Below, piece after piece: positions 49,318 through 63,290 of a DNA stretch of 64,000 nt. Numbering within the stretch: the stretch's first letter is position 1; each line of letters starts with the position of its first letter. This DNA comes from Mustelus asterias. Its lineage: Eukaryota. The notes under the pieces are model-generated. The model ran no database searches and was not told the DNA's origin. It saw only the letters and a list, made by a program, of their open reading frames with translations. Position numbers and translations under genes: made by a program. The DNA is taken from NCBI RefSeq assembly GCF_964213995.1, contig NC_135812.1, positions 58,280,001 through 58,344,000 of the forward strand, written 5' to 3'.

Positions 49318-49806
49318 GTCATTCAGCCCCTCGGGCCAGTTTCACAGGAGGCCATTCAGCCCCTCGGGCCAGTTTCACAGGAGGCCATTCAGCCCCTTGG
49401 GCCAGTTACACAGGTGGCACAGTGGCACAGTGGTTAGCACTGCTGCCTCACAGCGCAAGGGACCCGGGTCCGATTCCTGGCTTGTGTCACTATCTGTGCG
49501 GAGTTTGCACATTCTCCCTATGTCTGCACGTTCTCCCCGAGTCTGCATGGGTTTCTTCCGGGTGCTCTGGCTTCCTCCCACAGTCTGAAAGACGTGCTGG
49601 TTAGGTGCATCAACCCGAACAGGCACTGTAGTGTGGTGACTAGGGGAATTTCACAGTGACTTCATTGCAGTGTTAATGTAAGCCTTCCTTGTGACTAATA
49701 AATTTTACTTTACATAGGAACAGGAGGCCATTCAGCCCCTTGGGCCAGTTACACAGGAACAGGAGGCCATTCAGCCCCTCGGGCCAGTTACACAGGAACA
49801 GGAGGG
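49318..49806. repeat. 33-39 bp tandem repeat (GGAGGCCATTCAGCCCCTCGGGCCAGTTACACA) split by a V-SINE at ~49422-49712
   Basis: Three units before and two after an alternative-tail SINE. Confidence 0.8.
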
Positions 49807-50587
49807 GGGCAAGCAGCTTCCTGGACCTCCTCTGTCACTCAGTCTGCTCAGGGCTGATCTATGCCTTGACGCTGTGCTCCTGCCTTTGCTGCACTCGGAG
49901 CTGGGTCAACAGGGGATGGAAACCAGCGAGGTGAGAGGGAGGAGAGAATGGCAACAACAGTACGTGAACCTGCAGGAGGCATGACCAACCCAAAAGGAAG
50001 CCAGCATCCCAAAATGCAGCAATAATTCAAGCAGCTGATAGCTACCCAGGCATTCTGTTGGGATGATGCTTTAGAAACATATCTGGGTAGACTAGTTCTC
50101 AGCTGTACAATGAAACAAGACATCCAACAGGCGCTGCTGCTTCTAATAATGGACACTGGGTGTAATCCTGTTCTCCAACTGGTGTTGGGTTATTCGGTAT
50201 AGTTAATCTGACCCTTAATTGGTGAGGAAGAAAAGGGGTGGTTGGAGAATTTGTGGAGTACAAATACTGACACAGACCAATTAAGTCAACTGGCCAGGCC
50301 CTGTGCTGTAGACGCAATAGAACTAAAACAAATGTATTTATTTTAGATCTACCAGTGGTGATTGGAAAAACACAATCTACTACCCATGATAAAATAAATG
50401 TACTTCATCTTTTGAAGATCATTTCAGTGGAAATGTACACTCACAGCGTCAAAGAGCATCAGCTCACTGGAAACAAAGGCTAGAAAAAGATACCCTCCAA
50501 ACCTCCCACCTGGCCAGGTGTCAGCATGAATATGGTTCAGTCCTGGATGTGACTAGCAGCAACAATAACAGAATCCAAACCCTATAA

Positions 50588-51262
50588 TCACTTGTGAACT
50601 CGCTGGTGTGTCTGCAGGCTGGATAACTGAGTGAATCTTTTCTCACAGATAGAGCAGGTGAATGGCCTCTCCCCAGTGTGAACTCGTTGGTGAATTTGCA
50701 GGTGCGCTACCCGGGTGAATCTCTTCTCACACACAGAGCAGGTGAACGGCCTCTCGCCCGTGTGAACCCGCTGGTGGGTTAGCAGATTAGATGATTTTCT
50801 AAACCTCTTTGAGCATTGCGAGCAGCTGAACGGTCTCTCCTCAGTGTGAATGCGCTGGTGGACCATCAGTTCCTGGGAACTTTTGAAGCCACTGCCACAG
50901 TCAGAGCATTTGAAAGGTCTCTCATTGGTGTGACTGCCATGGTGTCTGAGCAGGCTGGAGGACTGAGTGAATCCCTTCCCACACACAGAGCAAGTGAACG
51001 GCCTCTCCCCAGTGTGAATTCGCTGGTGCTTCCGTAGGGTGGATGAATCAGTGAATCTATTCCCACACTGGGAGCAGGTGAATGGCCTCTCCCCGGTGTG
51101 AACTCGCTGGTGTAACAGCAGGTGGGATGACTGGGTGAATTGTTTCCTGCACTGAGAGCAGGTGAACGGCCGCTCCCCGGTATGAACGCGTCGATGGGTT
51201 TCCAGCTCAGACGGGGAACGAAAGCCCTTCCCACAGTCCCCACATTTCCATGGTTTCTCCAT
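50588..51262 (-). CDS. C2H2 zinc-finger protein, 8 tandem fingers, no effector domain
   Basis: 224-aa ORF of CxxC-x12-HxxxH repeats with TGERPF linkers. Upstream acceptor ccttttgcag| at 51614; AATAAA at 50342-50337. Confidence 0.9.
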   Translation of the reverse strand: MEKPWKCGDCGKGFRSPSELETHRRVHTGERPFTCSQCRKQFTQSSHLLLHQRVHTGERPFTCSQCGNRFTDSSTLRKHQRIHTGERPFTCSVCGKGFTQSSSLLRHHGSHTNERPFKCSDCGSGFKSSQELMVHQRIHTEERPFSCSQCSKRFRKSSNLLTHQRVHTGERPFTCSVCEKRFTRVAHLQIHQRVHTGERPFTCSICEKRFTQLSSLQTHQRVHK

Positions 51263-52849
51263 GGCATGGGTGTCCCTGTGACTCCTGAGATTCGATGAAC
51301 AGTTTAAATCTCACCACTCAGAGAACACATACGCAGTCTCTCTCTGCTCTGTGTGGTGCGATGTCAGGCTGCATAACTCATTAAAGTCTTTACACAGCGG
51401 CTACATTGGATCACTCACTCTAATGTCTGTGTGAATCGGTGCTTTCCAGTCACACTGATGTCTGAAATACTTGACCACAGACAGAACAGACAAATATTTC
51501 TCCTTGGACATGTAAAGACTGATGATATTCTGGTCCTGATTAATTGAGTGACTCTGTCTGATTGACGTGACATTTGGTTTGTTTCCTGTCTGCAAATCCT
51601 CACATTCTAACACCCTGCAAAAGGAGTTTACAACAGTCATCAATGCCAATGCACGACAGAAATCCAGAACAGATCATTCTAGTTTCTATAAAACATGCTT
51701 CCCTCTCTTGTTCCACCAATTTATTGTAATGTTTCTGAATAGTTTCCTCTATTGATGGGTCTAACTAGCAATCAGTAGTTGTTTATTTCATTCTATCATT
51801 GGATGTGAGCTCCCCTGACAAGGCCAGCAATCCCCAATAGCCCTGGTCTCCCAGTGAAACGCCGCGTTAGTCTCGTTTTAACTGAAAAGCCTTGAAGAGA
51901 TTTGATAAAGGGGGCTTCAAATAATCAGAGAATCACAGAATCTCTACAGTACAGAAGGAGGCCATTTAGCCCATTGTGTCTGCACCGACTCTCCGAAAGA
52001 ACATCTTACCCAGACCCTATCCCCGTAACCCCATATATTTACCCCACTAACTTACACACCTGGGGACACCAAGGGGCAATTTAGCAAGGTCAATCCACCT
52101 AATCTGTATATCATTTATTGCCATCCCTAGTTGCACTAGAGAAGGTCTTTCTATAGAGAATTGGATAAATAATTTACGAATATGGGGAAAGAATGGGGGG
52201 GGGGGGGGGGGAAGACTTGGACTAACTGGTTTGCACTTTGACCTGATGGGCTAAATGGCCTCTTTCCATGCTGCACTGTTGCATGATTCAGTGTTGAAAG
52301 CCTGGAAAGTGGGCACATGTAAGACAGAGAAGGGAAATTTCTTCTCTCAGAGGGTAGTGAATCTGTGGAATTCTTTACCGTGGGTCGTTCATTATTTTCA
52401 AGGCTGAGATAGACAGATTTAATCAGTGAGGGAATTGAGGGTTATGGAGGTAAGGCAAGAAAGTGGAGTTCAGACAAAAACAGAAAAATGCTGGAAAATC
52501 TCAACAGCTCTGACAGCGTCAGTGGGGAGAGAGTAGAGCCAATGTTTGGAGTCTAGATGATCCTTCGTCAGAGCCGCTGCTCAAAGTGGAGTTGAGGATT
52601 GCCATGTCAGATAAGACATAATCTCGTTGAATAGTGGAGCAGTCTCGATGGGCCAAATGGCCTAATTCTTGCAACATCTTATGGACAACAAGCATAGCCA
52701 CCCCCAACCCTCACCATCCATCCTCCCCAATCCCCATCACCCCATTCTTCCTCACCCCCCCATATCCCCCTCTATATCCCCCAGCCCCGGCGCGGTTCCA
52801 GTGGGTGAGGTGTGAACAATAGGGCCGGTGCTTTCACATTGCTGAGGGT

Positions 52850-53383
52850 CACTGATGCTGTTTCAATGCAGCCGGCCTCAGCTCCAGCACCATGAGCACA
52901 GGGCCAGCTCCCGCCACGCCGCGCCACTCACTGACCTGTCCGGAGCAGGAGCAGTGCGGCGGGGGTTCCCGGGCGGAGGCAGGCTCTGGCCGGGGCCGTT
53001 AGCGGGGACACGGGGATCATCAGTGAGTGCGGAGCCGCTCTGCTCCAGCGGGCTGGCCAGAGGGGGCGGGTCGGGGCGCGCCTGCGCATTGATTGTCCAA
53101 GCTGAGGTGACGTCACAAAGCGCGTTCCCTGGACTGCGCATGTGCAAGTTGGAGGGGGCGGAGCACATTCACCGCGCTCTGATTGGTTGGAGAACGACTC
53201 CTTCCGGACCCTTACCAGGCGGCCCCCTTATTGACCAATGGGGATATAGGGAGGACCGGAAACACTCTGGTCCTCCAACCAATCCCAGCGCGACCTTTGT
53301 GCCAATGGTCATGAGCTTGTGCCCTCTGAGAGTGAGTTAGTCCCAGACTGACTGAACCTTCCCTCTATTCCACAACTGTGAGT
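52850..53383. promoter_or_regulatory. CpG-island bidirectional promoter and non-coding first exons of the ZNF pair
   Basis: GC boxes GGGGCGG (~53062), CRE TGACGTCA (~53109), NRF1-like GCGCATGTGC (~53136) and three CCAAT boxes. Donors: GTGAGT at 53378 (+) and GTCAGT/GTGAGT at 52935/52931 (-). Confidence 0.8.
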
Positions 53384-54550
53384 AATACACTCTCCCCTCT
53401 TCCTCTTTCATTCTGGGTTTAATTATTGACTTGCAGCATGTGACTCCAGGCAGGGTGCAGACTCCACTCTCTACTCTTCACGCATGGACATCCTTTCCTT
53501 CCTCAGCTTGACACATCTATTTGTCTGGCTAAAAGGGTGGCCTCTTTACCAATGTTTACAGTTCAAGGAGTGGTTTCCCCTGGAGATGGCCAACATTTAA
53601 GGAGACAGTATAGTGATTAAGGACTTGGATATGTCTTATGTTGTTTTTTGGTGCAAAATAGATTATTTATATTCTTTTCGCATTCATTTATTACTATTTC
53701 TATTCTTGTACAACAATACTATAACACAGGAGTCCTTCGATAACTCAAGTCCACTTGCTGTAGAGAAATTTACTCAGACCCACCACAGAGCTCTGCAAAT
53801 TTATTTCCTTCAAACGTCCATTCAAAATCATTCATCATCTCTGCTTCCTCCATCCTGATAGGCAGTGAGTTCCAGCTCCCTAAATAAAATGTATCTTCAC
53901 GTTCCAGGTGTATCTCAAATCAAGTAATATGGTAATGAATATTATGTACATGAATATTTTACGGTCTGTAGACCTGGACAGTAAGTGTTGAGCATGGATC
54001 TGCCGATCACCTTGAATTGGCACTTTCAGAAGAATTGCGAGGGCATATATTAGGTAAAGCATAGTGGGGATGGAGGGAGTATGTATAGAATGGAGATTTA
54101 CAATTTTTGGGGAACGGGGGAGGAAAGAATTTTCCATAGAAACTGAAATTGTCTGTTCTGAATTTCTATCCTGTACTGACAGTGAGAACTTTTGTAAACT
54201 CCTTTTCCAGGTTATTCAAAGCACAGAATTTGCAGACAGAAATCTCAAACAAAATATCACAACAAGGTCAGACAGTCACTCAATTCATCGGCACCCGAAT
54301 ATCACCGGCTCTGAATTTAGAAGGAGAAAAGCTTGTCAGTTCTGTCTCCTTTGTAAGGTTTTAAACATCATTGTGACTGGAAAATAACCAAGATACACAC
54401 CCCACCAAGTGAGAGTGCTCCAGTCTACTGACTGTGGAAAGGGCTTTAACGATTGCAGCAGACACCACAGGGAGAGACCGTGCACGTGTTCTGTGCAGAC
54501 GAGGCTCCAACTGATCCTCAAAACTGGAAAGTGCGAAAGACACTTGCACC

Positions 54551-55561
54551 ATGGAGAATCCGTGGAAATGTGGGAACTGTGGGAAAGGATTCCGTTCCCC
54601 GTCTGAGCTGGAATCTCATCAGCGCATTCACAGTGGGGAGAGACCGTTCACCTGCTCTGAATGTGGGAAAGGATTCGCTCAGTCATCACACTTGCTGAGA
54701 CACCAGCTACTTCATACTGAAAAGAGGCCGTTCAACTGCTCTGAGTGTGGGAAGGGATTCAGTGATTCATCCCACTTGCTGAGACACCAGCGAGTTCACA
54801 CTGGGGAGAGACCGTTCACCTGCTCTGACTGTGGGATGGATTTCAGTCAATCATCCACCCTGCAGAAACACCAGCGAGTTCACACCGGGGAGAGGCCATT
54901 CACCTGCTCTGACTGTGGGAAGGCATTCACACAGTCATCACACCTGCTGACACACCAGCGTGTTCACACCGGGGAGAGGCGGTTTACCTGTTATGACTGT
55001 GGGAAGGCATTCACTCAGTCAACACACTTACTGACACACCAGCGAGTTCACACTGGGGAGAGACCATTCAGCTGCTCCGAGTGTGGGAAGGGATTTGGTG
55101 ATTCATCCACCTTGCTGATACACCAGCGAGTTCACACCGGGGAGAGGCCGTTTATCTGTTCTGACTGTGGGAAGGGATTCACTCAGTCATCACATCTGCT
55201 AACTCACCAGCGTGTTCACACCAGGGAGAGGCCGTTCACCTGCTCTGTGTGTGGGAAGAGATTCACACAGTCATCCTCCATGCATACACACCAGCGAGTG
55301 CACACTGGAGAGAGGCCATTCACCTGCTCCAAGTGTGGGAAGGGATTTACTCGGTCATCACACCTGCTAAAACACCAGCGAATTCACACTGGAGAGAGGC
55401 CATTCTCCTGCTCCCAGTGTGGAAAGGGATTCACTCAGTCATCTCACCTGCTGAGACATCAGCGAGTTCACACTGGGGAGAAGCCATTCACCTGCGCCAA
55501 GTGTGGGAAGGGATTCACTCAGTTATCCAACCTACTGACACACCAACGAGTTCACAAGTGA
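54551..55561 (+). CDS. C2H2 zinc-finger protein, 12 tandem fingers, no effector domain
   Basis: 336-aa ORF starting at ACCATGG. Acceptor ccttttccag| at 54210; AATAAA at 55821. Confidence 0.92.
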   Translation: MENPWKCGNCGKGFRSPSELESHQRIHSGERPFTCSECGKGFAQSSHLLRHQLLHTEKRPFNCSECGKGFSDSSHLLRHQRVHTGERPFTCSDCGMDFSQSSTLQKHQRVHTGERPFTCSDCGKAFTQSSHLLTHQRVHTGERRFTCYDCGKAFTQSTHLLTHQRVHTGERPFSCSECGKGFGDSSTLLIHQRVHTGERPFICSDCGKGFTQSSHLLTHQRVHTRERPFTCSVCGKRFTQSSSMHTHQRVHTGERPFTCSKCGKGFTRSSHLLKHQRIHTGERPFSCSQCGKGFTQSSHLLRHQRVHTGEKPFTCAKCGKGFTQLSNLLTHQRVHK

Positions 55562-56257
55562 TTATAGGGTTGGATTCTGCTGCTATCGTTGCTTGTAATC
55601 ACATCTAGGACTGAACTATACTCATTCTGACAGTTGATGAAGTGGGGGTGTGGAGGGTTTCTTTCTGCTGACCTGGCTGGTCTCTCAACTTTGCTTCCAT
55701 TGGGCTGATGGACTTTGACGCTGTGAGTACACATTTCCACTGAAATGATCCACAAAAGATGATGAAGGACATTTATCCAGGACAGCAAAGGGTTTCTCTG
55801 ACCAGCACAGGTAGATCTAAAATAAATACATTTGCCTCTGTCCACTGAGTATACAACACAAGGTCAGGCCTGTCAACTCAATTGGCGTGTCAGTCCACAT
55901 AAGCCTCCAGCCACCCCTCAACATCCTCCCCCATCAGCATGTCCTTCTATTCCCCCCATGTATCTACCTAACTTGCCCTGAATGAAATACATTCATGCAC
56001 TTCACTTCAACCACTCACTGTCATGGTGAGTTCCACTTTCTCACCACTTGCTGGGTAAAGAATTTATAATGAAATCCTTATCGGGTTATTAATCTTAAAA
56101 ACTCTCATCAGGTCATCATTTAGTCTTCTCTTTTTCCAAGAGAAAAGTGTTCAGCCTTCCCCAGTGATTAAATACTCTGTTCTGGAATTATCTTTGTGAA
56201 TCTCTCTCATATCATCTCCAGTGCCTCTATGTCCTTTTTACTTCATGGAGACCGCAA

Positions 56258-57372
56258 ATAGAAACATAGAAAATAGGAGCAGGAGGAGGCCATTCGGCCT
56301 TTCAAGCCTGCTCTGCCCTTCATTATGACCATCCAACTCAATAGCCTATTCCCACCTTTCCCCCATATCCTTTGATCCCCTTCACCCCAAGTGCTATATC
56401 TAACTGTTTCTTGAAAACATACGTTTTAGCCTCAACTGCTTTCTGTGGTAACGAATTCCACAGGCTCACCATTCTCTGGGTGAAGAGATTCTCCTCATCA
56501 CAGTCCTAAAATGTTTACCCTGCATCCTTAGACTGTGACCTCTAGTTCTGGGCACAACCCCCCCCCCCCCCCCCCCACTACCATCGGGAACATTCCTCCT
56601 GCACCTACTCTGCCTGGTCCTGTTAGAATGTTATTGGTTTCAATGAGATCCCCCCTCATTCATTTAAACTCCAGCGAATACAATCCTAACTGACTCAATC
56701 TCTCCTCATATGTCCTGCCATCCCAGGAATTAGTCTGGTGAACTTTCTCTGCACTCCCTCTCGAGCAAGAACATCCTTCCTCAGATAAGGAGACCAAAAC
56801 TGCACACAATATTCCAGATGTGATCTCACCAAAGCCCTTTATAATTGCAACAAGACATCCCTGCTCCTGCACTCAAATCCTCTATTTGCCTTTTTCACCG
56901 CCTGCTGCATCTGCATACTTACTTTCAGTGACAGGTGTACAAGGACACCCAGGTCTCATTGCACATTCCCCTCTCCAAATCTATAGCCATTTGGATAATA
57001 ATCTGCCTTCCTATTATTGCTACCAAAGTGGATAACCACACATTTATCAACATTATAATGCCATGCATTTGTCCACTTATTTAACTTGTCCAAATCACAT
57101 TGAATGATCCCTGCAGCTCACTCTCCCACCCAGCTTTGTGTCATTTGCAAATGTGGAGATATTACATTTAGTTCCCTCATCTAAATCAATATATATAATG
57201 AATAGCTGGGGTCCCAGCACTGATCCCCGTGATATTTATTCCTACTCTTTGTTTCCCGTCTGCCAACCAGTTTTCTATCCATCTCAATCGACGACCAGCA
57301 ATCCCATGCGCTTTAATTTTACATGCTAATTTCTTAGCTGGGACCTTGTTGAAAGCCTTCTGAAAGTCCAAG
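56258..57372 (-). mobile_element. CR1-type LINE fragment with deletions
   Basis: MDFQKAFNKVP...WIENWLADGKQRVGIN; TAGAAACATAGAAA tail. Confidence 0.85.
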
Positions 57373-59269
57373 AGTTGTCAGTATTCCTGGTATAACCTAA
57401 CCATGGTTCTACACAGACTGAACAAAACCTCTCTGCTTTTCAATTCTATCCCTCTAGAAAGGAACCCAGGGAGGAGTGGCTGAGACATAAAGGTCTGAAA
57501 CTTTTTTGGAACAAAGAATTAGGTAATTTTAGCACCTTTTTATCATTTGTGATAGAGGTTTCAGTGAAGCCCCTCTCCCCTGCCTCCTACACACAACTGG
57601 AATTATCTCCTCTTCCCAACCCCCCTCCCCAGTTAACAGCCCCTTCCCCAAAACTCCCACTCATTCAGCAGCTAGTCTTAATCCCCTCCTCTACTCACTA
57701 ACCCCTTTCCAACCCCCTCCCTCACTCCACAACCCATCTTCCCAAAACCCCAACTTACTCATCAACCCCTATTCCCCAGCGCTCCCGCCCGCCGCCCACT
57801 CACTCACAATAGCCCATCTTCCCAAACCACCTCAACTCATTCAGCAGTGCATCTTCCAACCTCCCCTTTGCTCCACTCAGGGCCCCTCTTTACAAACCCC
57901 ACCCCAGATCTACTGAACCCCATGGAAACTTGGGCTCCGCTCTCTCCACCCCTGATTCCACGAAGTATAAAGCAGCTGGACTTTCTACCCCTTTTCCTCT
58001 CTTGGTGGGATGTGCGGCGGCTCCCAAGAGGCTGCTCCCAGCCTTGTGACAGAGATTTTCTGGACTTTGAGACTCTCTTCCCAGCTTTGGTGTTTGATGG
58101 AAGGTAGGAGTCAGAAAATACAAGTTGGAATTCCACCAAATGGTGGAATTTTCACATCCCCAGTACAGCACAAAGCGGCAAAGTCAGTGCAGAGCGAGGG
58201 GCTGGAAAATTCTAACAGTTTTTATAGTGAAATGTAAAGACTTCTAGCCCACTTGGTGGGGTATGCACGTAAATAGGTGATGTGTAAGTCCTATGCCTGG
58301 GATTTTTATCTTGAAAATGTAAACATTATATATTGTAAATATTAACCCGCACACATTATTAAAACAGAAAAAAAATCACAACCCATCAAATCACCCAAGA
58401 GTATCTCTTGTCTGTTGTGAGGAAAGTTATTTTTAATTACGAGAGTATCTTCATCTCTATATTCACTAGTGTTTCAGGACAGTTTCTAGTCAAATTGCTC
58501 AAAAATGTTTCTCAATGTTTGGCTGCTCAAAATATTCGACAATCAACTTCAGGTCAGCAAAATCATGGAAATATTTGTATCTGTCCTTCCCACAAGCGTA
58601 ACTGTGGGTGCTGCTCTAAATACTGGTAGTAACCATTTAATGACTACTGCAGATTTAACTAATGGTTTTGTTCACCTAGTAACTGGTATCTTTGGACCAA
58701 CGCTGAACATCACTGAAAGTAGCATCTGATACACCAAGAATTGTAAAAGTGTCGAGAGGTGAATGCAGTCGAATTCTGACCTGGCCCCGGATGGCGACTT
58801 TCCAGTTACCCCGTTATAAGAGAATATGAACCCATACCAATCGCTGAGAATGGGCTGTCTTTCCTTCACTCAACAGCTAACTGAGCTCACCAGGTTCCCA
58901 CAGCGCACTCAAGAATATCAGCTGTCAGCAGATAAATGAATCTGTAATTTATTAAACACCTTTGGTTATTGAGTACACAAATTTCAAGGTGTAAAATTTG
59001 AAACTCTCAAAGTACTCCGCTTGCAGGAGTGTAAGGTGATAAACTAGACTGGTTGCACTAGTCTCAGCAGAAGTGTTTTGTTTAGGCACCAAGACTGAAC
59101 TACATAACTGAGGGCCAGATGAGCAGTATGATTCCTTTAACACAGCCATCTCTCTGCTTCCCTGCCACTTTAAGTATCTATAAAAGATCAAGCCCTCTGG
59201 CTTTAAGACCTGGCTGTAAATATAGGGATAATGAACAAATACAGGTTTGGATGGGTGGACAAGGAACGG

Positions 59270-60450
59270 AAGAATAGTAGTACACCATTCAGTCCCTCTA
59301 GCTGACTCTGCCATTCAATGCAATCATTGTTGATCTCCGGGGCTTGAACTCCACTTTCCCAACCATTCCCCATAGCTCTCGATTCCGGAGAGTCTGAAGA
59401 TCTGACTATCTTAGCCTTAAATATTGCAACGATGGAACATCTGCAACCATCTGGGGTAGAGAATTCCAGAAATTCCCAACCCTTTGAATGAATCCTCAAA
59501 GATTGACCCCTTTCCCTGAAGTTGTGCACCTATGTTCCAGATTCCCCAACCAGGGGAAAGAACCTCTGAGTCTACCCTGTTAAGCCCCTTCAGAATCTTG
59601 TATGTTTCAATGAGAACTCCAGAGAATAGGCCCAATTTACTCAGCCACTCATCACAGAACAATCCAGGAATCAATCTAGTTAACTTTTGGTGTATTGCTT
59701 CTGATGCAAGTATATCTACTGGGAGTAGATGGTTTGAGTTATAAGGAGAGGCTGGATAGACTGGGACTTTTTTTCCTGGAGCGTAGAAGGCTTATGGGTG
59801 ATCTGTGGTCTATAAAATAATGAGGTACATAGATGAGGTAGATAGTTAGCATCTTTTCCCAAAGGTAGGGGAATCTAAAACTGGAGGGCATTGGCTTAAG
59901 GATACAAAAGGCAATTTCTTTTCCACAAAGGGTGGTGAGTGTCTGGAACGAGCTGCCAGAGGTAGTAGAAGAGGCGGGTACAATTTTGTCTTTTAAAAAG
60001 CATTTAGACAGTTACATGGGTAAGACTGTAGAGAGAGATATGGGCCAAACACGAGCAATTGGGACTAGCTTAACGACAAAAACTGGGAGGAATGGACAAG
60101 TTGAGCCGAAGGGCCTGTTTCCATGCTGTAAACCTCTATGACTCTATGTTTTCCTTGATATGGAGACTGAGACTGTACTCAGTACCCCTGTACTGGTCTT
60201 AAAATCCTGCACAACTGTAGCAAGACTTCTGTATTCTCGTACCCCAATCCCTTTTCAATAAAGGCCAATATGCTGTTTGCCTTCCACATTGCTTGCTGTA
60301 TCTACGTGCTGACTGTATTGAGTACACCAAGTTCCTCTGCACATCAATATTTACAAACTGCCTTTAGAAAAATCTTGTTTTTTTTAATGACCAAAGTGAA
60401 TAACTTCACACTTCCCCACATTATACTCCTACTCATTTAACCTGTATATA
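59270..60450. mobile_element. Cluster of CR1 3' fragments in alternating orientation (- 59270-59715, + 59720-60150, - 60155-60450)
   Basis: LIETYKILKGLNRVD on the minus strand; VSVWNELPEVVEEAGTI with a CTCTATGA tail on the plus strand. Confidence 0.7.
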
Positions 60451-62521
60451 TATCTGCAGCCTGTGTCTGTTTCAGGGTTGTGTTTTACAGTTTTAGTATA
60501 ACCTCCCTGCTCACATGCTCCAGACTATCTCATGTCTTTTTGACCACCTTGTCTACTTGTGCTGGTACCTTTATGGAGTTATAGACAGAGACCCCACAGT
60601 CCCTTTGTTCTACACTTTTCCGAATACAATTTGTATGTGCTCTTGTCTGGTCTCCCCCTTGAACTCCTATCTCCATTTGCCAATTTTCTGCTTAAAATAA
60701 TTATGTACCTCTGCCTTACAAATGTAACTCCACACAGAATCAGTCCATATACAGCAGCACTCATTGTCTGAACGTGCCCAGAACTGTGCAGTCAAAAGTA
60801 AAGGGAAATATTAAAATTCTTAGACTCATTTGAAAATTGCATGGAAACAAAGGCACCTTTTTAAACAGGTCTCAGTAACCTTTAACAAAAAGGCTGCACA
60901 GGCACTTTATACCTTTGTGCACAAAACTCAAGTTTCACTGCACAGCGAGAAACAAATGATTTATATTTAACTCCATCTATGTTTAGACAGGAACCAAGTG
61001 TTCCAATAATGGGAGGGGGAGGGGGAGAAAGTTAAAGTTCATCAGGACTTTTATTTGGCAGTAGCTCATGTTCCTGCTTTTTTCTAAAATGATTGATATG
61101 CAACACATTGTTTAAAAAGAATCTCTCTGACCGCCACTCTATCCGTTAGTGACAGCTGCAAGAGGCAATACAGTGAGACCTTGGTCCCTGCCTCAACTCA
61201 ACCCTGAGGGAAAGAACTACACCTGGAGGCCCACTGCACGTAACCAGTGTGTCCAGAAAGGATGCTGCATTGCTGTGCCCTAGGAGCAGCCCGTTGAAGC
61301 TGTATTTGTACTCGGCCCTGCTGATAGCCTGCAGCAACTGCAGAAGCCAGCAGCCGTTAACCCAAGGTTGGAATTGAACCCAGGTCTCTGGCACCGAGAG
61401 GCAGCAGTGCTAACCACTGTGTCCCCCTGTATCCTGTATGCAAGATGAGAAAGTACACAGTAGAGATTAGATGAGTCTGTGGAAATGGCCTGTGGAAGGA
61501 GTTTTGATTAATTCTATGCTCGTTTTACTTTCTAATCTCAAATGTTCATCAACTTGCTGCTGGCATCACTGTGGCTTGGATTACTAATTTCTATGGTGAG
61601 TTTTACACATTTCAGAAATAAATATCAATTTATTGCGTAGGATTACAAATTCAAGCTTAAAATGGATGGATTTATAGTGATTAAGCTTGAATCACCAGCT
61701 GCAACTGATTCTCTGCTGTATGTGTCCCACTTTGTCCTCCAGGTTTCACCACAGGAGCAAATTACACTGGGCAGAATCCTCCCAGCTTTTGATTGGTAAA
61801 ATGTTTTGCAACTAACACAGCTGGAATATCCCATTGTACAGCTGTGGATTTTAATATAAAAGCAATGTGCTTTCCTACCCAGCTTGCAGGTAAATCTCAA
61901 TCTGTTTACAATCTGACAACAGCAGTTGTTCAATATCACAGTAACAGGCCATTCATCTTTCTGATGCAGCACAGCATAGCTCTGCATGTTGCAGTCCAGT
62001 TCCACTGGGAAGTGCGCAGAACCATGGACTAAGTGCAGCAGCCTACTGCTGCCCTGTGAAAGCTGCACTCTCTCTGGCCTGCGCAGCTTAATGCTGAGAA
62101 CCCTTGTGCACTAAATCAAGGGGTAACTACACAAAAAGTCATTTTGAATTCAGCTTAATCAGTGGAGTATGTGGCCCAGGAACAAATAATAACTGGTCCT
62201 CTCTGACATTATGATGCTGGAGGCTGCCTGCATTTATCCCAGACACGGTTCAACATCCTTTGAATGGCACTCAATAATATCCCTACACAGGCAGTAATAG
62301 GCTTTTGAGATAGTCAGTCCACAACGTAAGGCTGCTCATCAGTCAGTGGGGCTGGTGGATTTTCCCGATGGCCTCCTCTGGTGGCTGACTGTACCGCTTC
62401 TCCTCAACATGATTCATTTGTTCGATGAGCCATTTTCTCCTGCAGCTGTCAACAGTTAAACAGAACGTCGCTTCCTGGAAAACGTCACTGATAGAAACCT
62501 TGAAACATCAGAAAACAAAAC

Positions 62522-62816
62522 AGTTAACACTACTGCCTCAAAGTGCCAGGAACCCAGGTTCGATTCTGGCCTTGGGTCACTGTCTGTGTGGAGTTTGCAC
62601 ATTCTCCCCATGTCTGCGTGGGCTTCCTCCGGGTGCTCCGGTTTCCTCCCACAGTCCAAAGATGTGCAAGTTAGGTGGATTGGCCATGCTAAATTGCCCC
62701 TTAGTGTCCAAAGTGGTGTAGGATTGTGTGGCGTTACAGGGATAGGGCGTAAGGGAGGGGGATGCTCTTTTGGAGAGTCGGTGCAGACTCAATGGGCCAA
62801 ATGTAGGCATTCTATG
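62522..62816 (+). mobile_element. HE1-like V-SINE
   Basis: Partial head, V-domain and tail. Confidence 0.85.
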
Positions 62817-63046
62817 GGTCTTTGTCTTCTATGGTTTAAGATGAAACCCAGCAGAATATTAACATTATGGGCAAAGTGATAATGGGGTATAGTTGAGCGG
62901 CACTGTGGGATATCAATGTTCTGCAACAGTTCACTACCGGCCACTATGTGGCTATGCCAATAGAGACAAACACAATCTAAAATTCTTCGTCAAGCATCAG
63001 AATAAATGTTGTGTTTGTATTTTTGTGCTGTTGATGTACCAAAGAT

Positions 63047-63290
63047 GTGGAGATGCCGGCGTTGGACTGGGGTAAGCACAGTAAATCGTCTCACAACACC
63101 AGGTTAAAGTCCAACAGGTTTATTTGGTAGCACATGCCACTAGCTTTTGGACCGCTGCCCCTTCATCAGGTATGTAACTTATCTGACTTAAGGACTTACC
63201 TGATGAAGGGGCAGCACTCCGAAAGCTAGTGGCTTGTGTTACTAAATAAACCTGTTGGACTTTAACCTGGTGTTGAGAGACTTCTTACTG
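63047..63290. mobile_element. Penelope-derived fold-back element with a hammerhead motif
   Basis: Inverted arms; CTGATGA...GAAA at 63200-63224; TSD TGATGTACCAAAGAT at 63032-63046 and 63291-63305. Confidence 0.88.
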
